From Marsupella aquatica (taxonomy: Eukaryota; Plantae; Marchantiophyta): DNA of 64,000 nt. The position numbers and the translations under genes are program-made. The notes below the pieces were generated by a model. The model had not been told where the DNA came from. It saw nothing but the letters and a program-made list of their open reading frames with translations, and did not search any database. This document shows positions 1-12,527 of this stretch, one piece after another; position 1 is the stretch's first letter, and each line of letters opens with the position of its first letter. The stretch is taken from the NCBI GenBank assembly GCA_973895155.1, contig OZ316898.1, positions 3,224,480 to 3,288,479 on the forward strand, in the 5' to 3' direction.

Positions 1-1393
1 TATAATTATGATTTTAATGTACAGTCATACATACGTCAGTCTTGTGCATGAGAGTCCGATACAGGGATAATGTGCGTTTTTTGAGTAGAATGGTGCTGAG
101 GGAAGGTTGTCGGGTCTAGTTCATTGTCAAATCTTTTGTTGCATACGATAAGTCAAGATGCAATAACTCGCCATTTCTCACATAGTTAGGAGATTAGTCA
201 AACGGCTGACCTGGGAATGTGTTTTTAGACAAGAACACATGCTCGAAAGAAATTCGAAATTGAGACTCCGGTGACAAGGAATCCTAAATAATATCAGAAT
301 AAGTCTCACAATTAAGTACGGTGTCCATTTTCCAAGTTGAAGCCCAAGCACAACACCTTAATTTTGTCCACGCTGCTACAATACAATACAATCCCGAAAG
401 CTAGTTAGGTTGATTCTATTCAAGAAGTTCCAGAAGTAAATCATGAAAGTGCGAAGATGATCAATCTACAGTTTCCAAGGATTGTGCTCGCATACCCTAA
501 ACTCCTGCCGTGTCATGAAGTTGTTTTTCCAATGATTGAATTCCACAACACTTTATCGTTACTAGCGGGGGTCACAAATTTTTTTTAGCGGGGGTCACCA
601 AAAATATTTCATTTTGTCTTTCAGAGTGTCTGACGTGGTAGTTTATGTGGGAAAGTCTATTTTGGATTGCCAGCTTTAAGCTTCTATGCATATGGATGTT
701 TCTATATAGTAGACGTGGAACTCGCTAGTCACGAGAGAGCATATGCTGCTCAATCAGCTGCTGTCACATCGTCCATGGAGCTCAAGTTAATCACAAGGTT
801 TCAAGTGAACTCAAATGCTATTGAAGCAGAAGTAGATTGCACTCAATCATTCGGATCGAGACGCTATCATCCGTGGAGAAAATCTTTCAACTTATTAATC
901 TGGTAGTATCTACTGAACACTGCATGAACATGTCTTTCATGATATATATACAGAAGCTTGTCTCAAAGGTGCTTCGAAAACATAGTATAGGAAGCTTGTT
1001 GCAAGTTGGTCTAGCTAACCCAGCAAACCCGGCACAACTGTTCGAAGTCTATAACATTCAAGTTGAAGAAAAGTGCAGATTAAGCCAATTTATAGAGCAA
1101 AAATTAGGCCAAGTTAAGCTTTTTTACAACGAGGAAAATCTTAGACCGAACCACAAAAGCGCAAGTGCCAGTACAGGATGTAGCAGGGTGGAGGGATTGC
1201 TTATGTTAATGTGCGGTCCTAATTAGCGCTATCTGACTTATCATATATTGCTAGACCAGTTGTAACATTCCGAACTTCTCAAATTGCCGATTCGAACGTT
1301 AACAGAAGACAGTGCTCAAACATCTTCACTAATGCTAAGTTCTCCCTCTGAGATCCTTCTGGGAGAGACAATCGACAAGATTGTATTTTGAAT

Positions 1394-3553
1394 TCAGAGA
1401 GCCGTACGGTCGAAGGACCTCTCAAAAGTCACCGGTGGCATCACAAATTCTTCACCTTGGCCGAAGTTCTTCCCTACTGCCATCACCTGAATAGTAGTAC
1501 ACCCGAAATACATTGAGACCTCAATGTCGGGCCATGCTCCTAATACATCTTTACTAGGATGCTTCACAACAAACCTGCCTTCTTTATGTGTGCCTGGCTC
1601 TGTTACGTATTTTGGATCAGTGTTAGAGTTGGAATACAGCGAGATACTCGTCTCAGTTAGATTACGGGAAATGGGCACGAACCTATGGCTCACACAACAA
1701 TCTACGAGGACAGTCTCGCCATTTCTGGTGAAGACTTCGAATGTATCATCAGATCGTGTCGCTCCGTCGTGATCTACAAACTTCATATGAAGTGGGTCAC
1801 CCTGACGGAACAGCCTATAGACCGCAATTCCGTAAGTCTTCTTGGAGATACGCGACATTACGAGGTCAGATCCAACTCCAAACGCGATTGCTCCACAACA
1901 GATCGCGCTTCCCGGCACCTCGGGGAAAATAATTTTTCCCGGGGCCAACCTCTGTGAGTAGACCGCCTTAATTCGCTTTGTTAGATACGGTGATGCTGAA
2001 AATCCGCCCACGACCATCATGGCCTTCAGGTCCGGGATCCACTGGCAGTTGATCAGGTCTAATATCTGATTAACTACGGGATCAAATATGCTCAGCATGT
2101 CTTCGAGGGTCAAGGCTATGTTGTCATACGACACATCTGCATTCGGCCGTCTACCTATTGAGGTTTCGTCTTCCTCCCAAGCCCGCGCCAACTTTACTGG
2201 TAGCTCCAACTCATAATCAAAGAGCATATCACCATTAAAATTGCACTTGATTGTGTCCCACCACGACTGCAACTTTAAGACGCTTTGGGGATGCGCCGCA
2301 GCAAATTTTCGATAGCATGATATGCGCTGGGTGAGAAATTTGAAAAAGCCTTCGTCCACATAGGTTCCACCGCAGAGCCCACCGGAGCTGGGGGCTACTT
2401 CTCGAACTTTGTTACTCCATTCTGAACCAACTTTTTGGTGAAGAGCGAGGTCCACAGTTCCACCTCCAGCGTCCACCACGAGAAATTTGTCTCCATCACT
2501 GAGAGGAAAATCCGATATTCGCTGACAGTAAAACGAGGCAGCCTCGGGTTCTAGGACAATAATGGGTGGGTGAGGGCTAGCATCCATGTCTCGGCAGTTT
2601 GGTCCCTGCACCAAACCAGCAACCTCGGCACATGTCTTCATTTCTTGCTTGGCCGTCTCGTCCCATATCGCGGGCACTGTTATACACCACTGAACGTCTT
2701 CCTTGGAGATATGACTTCCGAGATTTTTCTGAAGAACGCTGATAATCAACTCCACCAACTTCTTCAGATAGTCGGATATAGCTCTTCGAGCAGTGAGACC
2801 TTTCGGAAGGTCGGCAGCAGACGTCTTCCCTGTAGAATAAAGAACGATTAATGACTGTCGATTAGCATGCATGTATCCATCACAAGATTAAATTGTTCGT
2901 GACGTACGATATATGGGATAAGGAAAGTAATCAGCATGTTGAAATCATGCAGCTCAAATTAGGAAAGCTTTAATTTTCTAGCTTCGAAGAAAATTGGTCC
3001 TTAGACTTGAAAGAAATTATTTATAGCTAGCTGTAGATACCAATACGTACACGATACAATTAGCTAGTTTCTTAAACAATTAGAAAATGACTCGAAACTT
3101 CAGCAGGGGAATCCAACATTCCATGGTGGACGTACCAGTTCCAGCAAGATGCAACTTAAATCGGGTAATGAAATGTTCCTGTCGCTCAGACACAGTGTTC
3201 GTCCGCAGGAACTGGACAATGTTCTTGCCAGAATTCCTGTTTCGAGCGCTGCATTCTCCCAGACTTGTCGCATGGAACTTAGTGGCATGCTGGACGAGAG
3301 CCTCGTGTCCCCATCCTTCTAAGTCGAAAGACCCTGAGCTAGAACCTCCTGTACCCGGATTCGAGTACAGTAGGCTCGTCTGAGTTTTGCAGTAATTTGC
3401 AGCGCCCGATTCCTTCAGTCCAGGCCACTCATAGAACAACTGACATTCTTCTGGTTTAGATGCGAGTGCATACGCAAATCCAGAAAACGTAGTTCCAAAG
3501 TCGAGTCCTACTACTACGCTGGCGTCGGATCTAGTGATCTTGAGACGATTCAT
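1394..3553 (-). CDS. HSPA12-like atypical Hsp70 (actin-like ATPase), copy A; exons 3553-3136 and 2829-1394, ~617 aa
   Basis: Motifs: phosphate-1 VVVGLDFGTTFSGFAY, WCITVPAIW, LEPEAAS, phosphate-2 VVDAGGGTVD, GGTYVD, VVGGF. A phase-1 GT..AG intron (3135-2830) joins HLAGT-G-KTSAADLP in frame, and the same intron position occurs in all three copies. No EEVD tail or canonical lid. Confidence 0.9.
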
Positions 3554-5229
3554 CTCAAGTGTATAGAAGAACCACACAGAAATATCAATCAGCGGAGGGG
3601 TCGATATTTTGATTAGTAGCTTGTGACCTTCGTTCTATCTCTGTCGTCCCGTCAATTTGCTACTTGGGTCCTGTGCGCGCGTTCAATTCTCAAGATACTC
3701 TCCAAGTCTGGTATTCAGTTGGAGTGCCCACTAGACTGAATTGGCGCATAGATATAGTTTCAGTTTCAGTTTCCTGACAATAATAACACTCGGCCAGAAC
3801 CTTATGCCTCTGCGAACGGCTAGGTTTGTCTGTTTCAACTCGATCTCATGTTTTGTCCTCACTCATTTCGCTTAGGTGAGTGGGGATATCTAGGAAAGTG
3901 ACATAATTATAGAGTTACTCAATATCGGAGCACACGATTGAGAACGAACAGTCTGATAGCACCCTGTGTACCACCTGTCCTGGTAACATCCCCGGTGGAC
4001 TCCAATCCCACTCCCATTCATCAACCATATATAGGCCAATGCAATCTCAATCTAGCCAGACCGTTACCATCAGAGTCAGAATATCATTTCACTTGACGTC
4101 ATCTCAATTCCCTGGCCTGGCAGCGAGTATGTACATGATTGATCGTTGCTAGCCGCGCCAAATATCACCAGGGAACGTACAGCTGATATCGATTGATCAT
4201 GTTGGATCTATCAAATCACAAATCCCAATCTCACTTGATTTGGACAGTAATGTTGGTTACAGCTTATTGTTCATCTGCCCTTTTCTGGGAAGAACAACTT
4301 GGTACGAAGACGATCACTCCGGCCTACAGCTAGTATTAGCCTATACGCAGTGCACAGATGTACACTGCTAGCTTGGAGTTTCACGCCCGGTTTGACGCTG
4401 TACGCCACTTTCAGAGGAATTCTTCCTTTCTCTCAGCGGGTAATCCATCGTGATAACATTTCATTCCTATCTGAGAGTAATGCATGGTTCTACAATTTCA
4501 TGAATGTAGTATCAGAAGGTAATCTGTCTTTGGATGTAAATGCCCATGCAGATCAATTGTATAGATAAAGCCGATGGTTTCATTTGATTTGAACAAAATG
4601 GAGATCCAGAACATCTAGCTTGTCTGTAACGTAAAACCCGCGCATGGCTACTGATTCCGTGTGCGAAAATCCTAAAGTTGGGATGCAATAAGTAGAGGAC
4701 AAGTATGTCTATACTACAATCTGATCGTGAAAACACTGGCATCATGGTCTAAGACCTCGTCTGAGACATACAATCTAGTAAAGTTAAGTTGCACACCGCA
4801 TTATGACCCACAACTCTAGTGCCACACTTATAATGATTGTTTCAACATTCTTGCCCAAGGATTAAGAATATCGCTCAATATTTAGAGTATCATATTTAGG
4901 GTCTAAACACTAAACCCATGGCATATCTGTTTTTCTTAAATGTAGCTTCTAAATGTGTTCTTCAAATGGAACTAAAAAACGCTGTGTTGGTTTGCACGGG
5001 ATGGGTCCACGTAGAAGCGAGACCCCAGAGGTTAAATACCCACAAATCAGGTATCCTTTGAAAAATACTCATAGGCACGGTACTACATACTAATTATTGT
5101 TCTCGATCAATGATCTTCCAGGCTGGCCAATTCTGAATATGCATATTGGTGTATCTTCATTGACCAAAACGTAACTTTTGGTGACTTTCGGTCCTTAAAG
5201 AGCGCCACTAGCCATTGTCAAAACCTGAA

Positions 5230-5470
5230 GCGAAATCTTTAGTACAAATTGTGAAGCAAAGTCTTTAGTACCTTTTTACTCAAGCTAAATCTTTAGTACC
5301 TTGTTCCTCAAATTGTGAAGCAAAGTCTTTAGCAGCGAAGTCTTTAGTACCTTTTTACTCAAGCTAAATCTTTATTACCTTGTTCCTCAAATTGTGAAGC
5401 AAAGTCTTTAGTACCTTTTTCCTCAAATTGCAAATCAAAGTATTGAGTACCCTTTTCATGAAATTGTGGA
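5230..5470. repeat. Degenerate tandem repeat (units built on AAATTGTGAAGCAAAGTCTTTAGTACCTT), probably a TE subterminal region
   Basis: Several near-identical copies of the motif are visible in succession. Confidence 0.7.
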
Positions 5471-6358
5471 GCAAAGGTAGAAGAGAGAAATTTGAAAAAG
5501 GGGGAATTTTTGGACTTTCCTTTTTATATGGCCAGTGATGTTTTAAATCTGGCTTACTCTGTATTTTCATAAGGCTTTAGGAGGGTTTCCAGGGCCCGAC
5601 TGAGCCGACGGTGTTAGGGTGGTGCACTTCAGGGAGGCTGGCCCGGCAGCGAGTTTTGATCAGTAGTGAGGAAGACTCAGAGAGGGGTGGGCACAGCAAA
5701 GAGCCGAACAGGTCCAGGTACGGTACACACCAGCTTGCTCTCTCCCTGAGTGTGCACCATGTCTGGACACTGCCCAACCTGAGTTCACTCAAAAACAGGG
5801 CCTTGTTGGCCAGGCTTTTGCCACTGGTGGTCATTCCTATCCCAAGGCCATCCACAGTAAGCAGTCATCCGTAAGAGCCATACCCATTTGAACCCTATGC
5901 AATTCAGTCTTCAGTTCAATCCATCGTGCTGGGAGTTCGAGCTCCTGGCAACCTTCCTAGCAGGTCCATTGTGCTCTTCTACAATCATTGTGCTTTGTAA
6001 CGACAACACTGTGTTCCCTTCCTGGTTAGCATGCATCCTTGGCAGGTCAGTTTTTGCGGTATACGAAGAAGAAGAAACGCAATGGTGCTGATGAACTTCA
6101 GTTGTTATTGAACATTGACACCCAGATAGATATTCTGCATTTAAACTGGCCTCTGACAGTGAATTGACTGCCTTAGAGGGTGCTGCCATAAAGTTGAATA
6201 CCTCTAGGTTCCTACCAAAAAGGGGGAGCCCTTCGTAGTGGTACGCGGATATAAACCTCACTCTCCTGCCCTCGTGCAGCTCAAAATGTTGAGAATTTTC
6301 TTTGATGTAAAGGATTAACAAACAGTAGAGATACAAATCTAGGTGATAAATGAAGATT

Positions 6359-7704
6359 TCATACAGTTCCTGCTGCAACTGCAGACCGCTTCCTCAATTT
6401 GCACCATAGGCCAGCTTTTGTAGCTCCTGTCACAAGCTTTACATCTTCAGGATTACCTTTCAATTCCAGATCAAATCTCTGTAAAAGTAGGGTCAATGCA
6501 ATGGTGACCTCCATCAGTGCAAATTGGTCACCCACACACTTGCGAGCACCCCCACCGAAAGGCAGGAAAGCAAAGTCAGATATCACCTGCATTGGGTCAA
6601 TCCACAGAAGAAGTAATCATCAGTATTTCGTGGAACCAAAAAATCTACGCTTCTCATTAGATCCCCTGTAGGATCCGCTCCTTCACCAGAAATAATCACT
6701 GGAAGAGCGTGCGAGATACTAAGCCCCGAAAGTTGTGTCCAAAACATCCACATGGCAGTCTCACTTACACGACCTCCAAGTTCAGCATAGAAGTATTCGT
6801 GCACGCCACACCCACCCAAGTAATCAACTCACCTCATTAGGATAAAATGCACCTAGGCTGCCGGCGGGATCATATCCTGCCCACCCATCAATCTCACTAG
6901 GCTTGGGCTCCAAAAACCTCTCTGGGTTGAACTTCTCAGGCTCATTCCAGAAATATGGAGACCGGTGAATGTTGTAAACCTGACCAAAACGAAGATCACC
7001 TTTGAGTACATAGATACAAAGCAAATTCTCTCCTCCGGTTAGGTGTCCTATGAATACTGGAGGTGCAGTCTCTCAACTGACCATCAAGATGGACAAACAA
7101 TTTATTTGTGAATGAAACCTACGGAAATGAATACATCTGCTCCTTTGGGAAGTGGATACCCAGTAGGATCGCCATTGTAACCACCTGTTTCATTCCAAGG
7201 GGAGTGGTGAGCATACATTCAAACACCAATCATTTTAAGGTGAAGATCATGACAGTACACCACTGAAAACTCTCTCTACCTGCACATCTATTAAACGGAA
7301 CGAGCTCCACAATATGAATAACATGTAGCAAAAGAGTGTCATCACCTAGAAGTAAACTAAAGTTCATTGAAGAATTGGAGGTTCCCTACATCGGACTCAC
7401 CAGGAATAGTGTCCGGTTCGAGTGCCCTTCTAATGAGCAATGGTGGTTGAGGGTACAAACGCAGCGACTCGGCAACAATGAGCCTTATGTACCTAAATTG
7501 CAATCACAACACAAACGAGAACTTGGACGGTCAGCATTGTGCTTAATATTAAAGGAGTCATTTCACATTCGAATAGGATACTGGACAAGGAGTATCGACC
7601 TAAATATATATTCAAGAATCTCTTGAAATATAAGTTGCCCATGTAAGCACAGCAGCAGTTGTCTCGTGGCCAGCAATGAGCATTGTCATTAAGTCATCAC
7701 GAAG
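6359..7704 (-). pseudogene. CYP97B: Truncated cytochrome P450 CYP97B-like (carotenoid-hydroxylase clan), 3' half only; exon remnants ~7704-7630, 7492-7401, 7184-7123, 6979-6833, 6586-6359
   Basis: Spliced translation gives [23 protein letters not shown] (I-helix), [22 protein letters not shown] (K-helix ExxR), GYPLPKGADVFIS, VYNIHRSPYFW..PERF..GWAGYDP..YPNE and [17 protein letters not shown] (heme Cys). Four exons have clean GT-AG borders. No N-terminal half is recognisable, the J-helix exon is missing, and GATIHT is reduced to GAT. Confidence 0.85.
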
Positions 7705-9723
7705 CTGTGGACCAAACAAAATGTGAAAACTGCCCCCAACTTCTCGTCAAGCCACCCTCAATTACCTAAAATGGCTGCAAATTGGCTTTATTTCTCGGTT
7801 GGAATGGCTCTACCAAGTTGATGCTTCATGGCACATTGATCCACTGAAATCTGCTGTGATCCTTTCCTTTTATGACCTCCTGGGATTGTTTCAAACTTTG
7901 TGTGTGTCTCTCTTGGTTGATGCTGTCTTAATTGAATGTGAGTTGATTCTTACATCGAGCTTCATTGCGCTGTACCTTGTGTTTTTTCCCACTTGCTCTG
8001 ACTCCCAGTTGAATAGCTACCATGTCCTTGCAAATTCTGCTGACCTTTGACTTCGAGTTGAGAGTACACACTGTCCTCTTGGCACTTAGAGTAATATTAT
8101 TGAACCCTGAGGTTGCCATCTCTCCCCAGTTTGGCCTTCAGTTGATGGACAAATGAGGGGTCTGGACCCTGTCATCTGTCGTCCATCAAACCCAGTTGTC
8201 CCGACCGCCTGGTCCCAACCCGACATACCCCAACCCCGTTACAACTCTGCCCGGTCCCCAACCCCATCACGACCCCGCACGGTCTGACCCCGTCCAATCC
8301 CGACCCTGTCCTATTCTGGTCCCAACCTCAAACTGGGGGACCAGCTTGCTAAACTGGGGGAGGGGTTTGGGAGAATTTGGGACCGACCGGGGAATAAAAA
8401 GAAATATGTATCATTTTGGCCCCTTTTGGGATTGTAATGTGATGAGTTTATATGAGGGCAACAAGTAAACTTGCCCATCAGCTCAAACCTGCATCTCTCC
8501 CATTGGAAGAAGCCTCTTCCTAACCCTCGCTGCAGTAAGGTTCCAGTTGTCTAACTCAATTTTTCCTGACTTCTGAACTGTCATCCGGTGGCCAACTAAA
8601 GTTGGTTTCTCTTAACCCAATTACCGAGCAGTTGACGTAATTCAAACTTACACATAACTCATCAAAACTAGACAATGTGTAACTCAACCCCTTCCAACAC
8701 TCTTAACTCAAGCTCTTCCCTTGACTCCACTTTCAGTCTTTGGTCAACCAGGGTTGCCTTCATTTTGCCATGTGTTTCCTTCCCCTTCAACCTCTAAGCT
8801 AAATTAAATAGTTCACACATTAACGTTCTTGAGCACATCCGCTTAAGTCTAATATTCGAATAAGGTTCCTATTGTCATTAGCTAGGTTTCTAATTAACCC
8901 AATAACATACCAGAGCACTGTCTGGTCATGGATCATTTAACCCTTCTCTTGAACACGTTGGTCATAGACACCTTTCGTACACAATTTGAATAAATTGCCA
9001 TTTTTATCTAACAACTCGACTAGGAGTTCCCACTTAGCTACTAGAACATTTCTTCAGATTCTGATGCTAAACCAGCGTCCAATCTTGAGTTTACAATCTC
9101 GAACACTCTTTTTAACTTTAGGTGTCAATATCCTCTTCTAACACATCCATGTAATTCTTGCTTTCCTCTAACCTTCGGTGGTGTTCTATTTGGAACATGG
9201 TCCAATGAACACTGAACAGGGCTTTCGAGGTACAGAACCTTAGTTCTCTCAATGGTTCTTCGAAAGGAGAGTAGGCTTTAACCAGAAACAAAGGGAACTG
9301 TTTCGAGGTAGATACATATATTCATTCAAAAGTTGCAATTTACACCAATTTATAAAGCAGGAAGTGGTAGACAAGTTGAACCTTTGTGATAACGAGAAAA
9401 TGCTTTAATTTAGATTTTGACCAAAACGCCAGTGCTAGTACGTAGAAGGATAGAGGGATTGCTCATTGCTAATGTGCGGTTCTTACTAGCGCTATCTACT
9501 GCAACATGTCCGAAATTCTCAATGGCCGATTCAAAATGTGCTCAAACACATCACTAAGTAATATGATCAAAGGAAGCTAGTGCTTCAAGACGTCACTGAA
9601 TGATGCTCGATCAGTTCCAACTTTTAGATCCTTCAGCGCGAGACAAGCAAGATATCTGAATTGATACTTCAGAGAATCCCACGCCCTCAAAGGAGAATCG
9701 ACATGTCTGATCGAATTTAGAAT

Positions 9724-11945
9724 TCAGAGAGTCATACGCTCAAAGGACCTCTCGAAAGTGACCGGTGGCATCACAAATTCTTCACCTCCGCCGAAGTTCT
9801 TCCCTACTGCCTTCACTTCGATAGTAGTACGTCCGAAATACATTGAGACCTCAATGTCGGGCCATTCTCCTAATACATTTCTACTAGGATGCTTCACAAC
9901 GAAACTGTCTTCTTTGTAGATGCCTGGCTCTGTTACATATTCCGGATCAGGGTTAGTGGTGGAATACAGCGAGATACGTGTTTCAGTTTGATTACGGAAA
10001 CCTGGAGAGAACCTATGGCTCACAGAGCAATCTACAAGGACGGTCTCGCCTTTTCTGGTGAAGAGTGTGAATGTACCACGACATCGTGTCGCTCCATCAC
10101 CATCTACAAACTTCATATGTAGTGGGTCACCCTGACGGAACAGTCGAGAGGCCGCAATTCCGTAAGTCTTCTTGGAGATACGCGACATTACGAGGTCAGA
10201 TCCAACTCCAAACGCGACTGCTCCACAACAAATCGCGCTTCCCGGGTCCTTGGGGAAAATGATTTTTCCTGCGGCCAACCTCTGTGAGTAGGCCTCCTTA
10301 ATTCGCTTTGTTAGATACGGTGATGCTGCAAATCCGCCCACGACCATTATGGCCTTCAGGTCTGGGATCCATTGGCAGTCGATCAGGTCCAATATCTGAT
10401 TAACTACGGGATCAAATATGCTCAGCATGTCTTCGAGGGTCAAGGCTATGGTGTCATACGACACATCTGCATTCGGCCGTCTACCTTTGGAGGTTTCGTC
10501 TTCCTCCCAGGCCCGCGCCAACTTTACTGACAGCTCCGTCTCATAATCAAAGAGCATATCACCATTAAAATTGCACTTGATGGTGTCCCACCACGACTGC
10601 AATTTTAAGACGCTTTGGGGATGCGCTGCAGCAAACTCCCGATAGCATGATATGCGCTGCGTGAGAAATTTGGAAAAGCCTTCGTCAACATAGGTTCCAC
10701 CGCATAGCCCACCGGAGCTGGGGGCTACTTGTCGAACTTTGTTACTCCATTCTGAACCGACTTTCTGGTGAAGAGCGAGGTCCACAGTTCCACCTCCAGC
10801 GTCCACCACGAGAAATTTGTCTCCATCACTGAGAGGAAAATCCGATATTCGCTGACAGTAAAACGAGGCAGCCTCGGGTTCTAGGACAATAATGGCTGGG
10901 TGTGGGCTAGCATCCATCTCTCGGCAGTTTGGGCCCTGCACCAAGCCAGCAACCTCTGCGCATGTCTTCATTTCTTGTTTGGCCGTCTCGTCCCATATCG
11001 CGGGCACTGTTATGCACCACTGAACGTCTTCCTTGGAGATATGACTTCCGAGATTTTTCTGAAGAACGCTGATAATCAAGTCCGACAACTTCCTCAGATA
11101 GTCGGATATAGCTCTTCGAGCAGTAAGACCTTTCGGAAGGTCGGCTGCAGACGTCTTCCCTGCGGAGTTAATGAACGATTCATGACTGTCGATCAGCATG
11201 TCTAGCTAGCTCATCCAGGTGCATGCACGTTTCCGTCACAAAATTAATTGTTCGGGACCTTCCATATATGTGATAAGAAAAGCAATCAATTCAATGAGCA
11301 TAGTGAAATCAGCTCAAATTAGGAAAGCAATTCCAGGCTTCGAAGAAATTAGCTCCCAAATTTTGAAGGAAAATATATTTCATTTGTATATTATATATGA
11401 GTACATACACGTTACAAGCTAATTTTGGAAACGATTAGACGATCACTGGAGTCTTATTAATCGCAGACGGATGACATCATCAGCAGGGGAATCCAACATT
11501 TCATATAAGACGCACCAGTTCCAGCAAGATGCAACTTAAAACGGGTAATGAAATGGGCTTGTCCCTCAGATACAGCGTGGGCATGCAGGAACTGGACAGG
11601 ATTGGCGTGCAGTAAGTGGCGCGCTGTGTGCCTGTTTCGAGCGCTACATTCTTCCTTTCTCGCATGGGACTTTGTGGCGTGCTGCACGAGAGCCTCGTGC
11701 CCCCATCCTTCTAGAACGAAAGACCCTGAGCTAGAACCTCCTGTACCCGGATTCGAATAGAGTAGGCTCGTCTGAGTTTTACAATAGTTGGTAGCGCCCG
11801 ATTCCTTCAATCCGGGCCACTCAAAGAACAAGTGACATTCCTCTGGCTTAGATGCGAGTGCATACGCAAATCCAGAAAAGGTAGTTCCAAAGTCAAGTCC
11901 TACTACTACGCTAGCGTCGGATATAGTGATCTCGAGACGATTCAT
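9724..11945 (-). CDS. HSPA12-like atypical Hsp70, copy B; exons 11945-11516 and 11159-9724, ~621 aa
   Basis: Same motifs and same phase-1 intron (11515-11160) as copy A; exon 2 has the identical length (1436 nt). Confidence 0.9.
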
Positions 11946-12295
11946 CTCGAGTGTATATATAGATAGAACCACACACAATATCAATCAGCAAAGGGCTCGA
12001 TATTTTAGTCACTGGCTTGTGACCTTCGTCCTATCTCTGTCGTCTCGTTAATTTGCTACTTGGGTCCGGCCTGTGCGTTCAATTCTCAAGATACTCTCCA
12101 AGTCATATATTGAGTTGGAGTGCCCACTACGACTGAGTTGGTGCATAGATATAGTTTCAGTTTCCTGACAGTAAAACACTCAGCCGGAACCTATGCTCGA
12201 ACCTATATGCCTCTTCGAACGGCTAGGCTTGTCTCAAAAATGATTCAATTCGATCTCAATTTTGTCCTTTCTGCTTGGGTGAGCGGAGAAACCTA

Positions 12296-12527
12296 GGAAA
12301 GTGACATAATTATGGAGCTACTCAATATTGGAGCACACGATTCAGAACGACGGTCTGATCGCACTCTGTGTACCACCTGTCCTGGAAACATCCCCGGTGG
12401 ACAAGCTAGCTTGAATTGAAGTGATAGAATTGTAAAGCTACTCAACATAGGAGCACACGATTCAGAAAGACGTCCTGATAGCGCCCTGTGAACTAAACAT
12501 CCTGGACAACATTCCCGACCGGTGGAC
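12296..12527. repeat. Local ~120-bp tandem duplication in the Hsp70-B upstream region
   Basis: The block AAGTGA..GCTACTCAA..GGAGCACACGATTCAGAA..GGTGGAC occurs twice here but once in the copy A and C promoters. Confidence 0.7.

Noticed and set aside
1524-2851. Plus-strand ORFs overlapping the Hsp70 genes, recurring in each copy
   Set aside because: Antisense shadows of the conserved coding strand; their lengths and stops vary between copies.
7928-8119. ORF resembling a plastid transit peptide, possibly CYP97B exon 1
   Set aside because: Only compositional resemblance, with no P450 sequence or usable splice link to the downstream exons.
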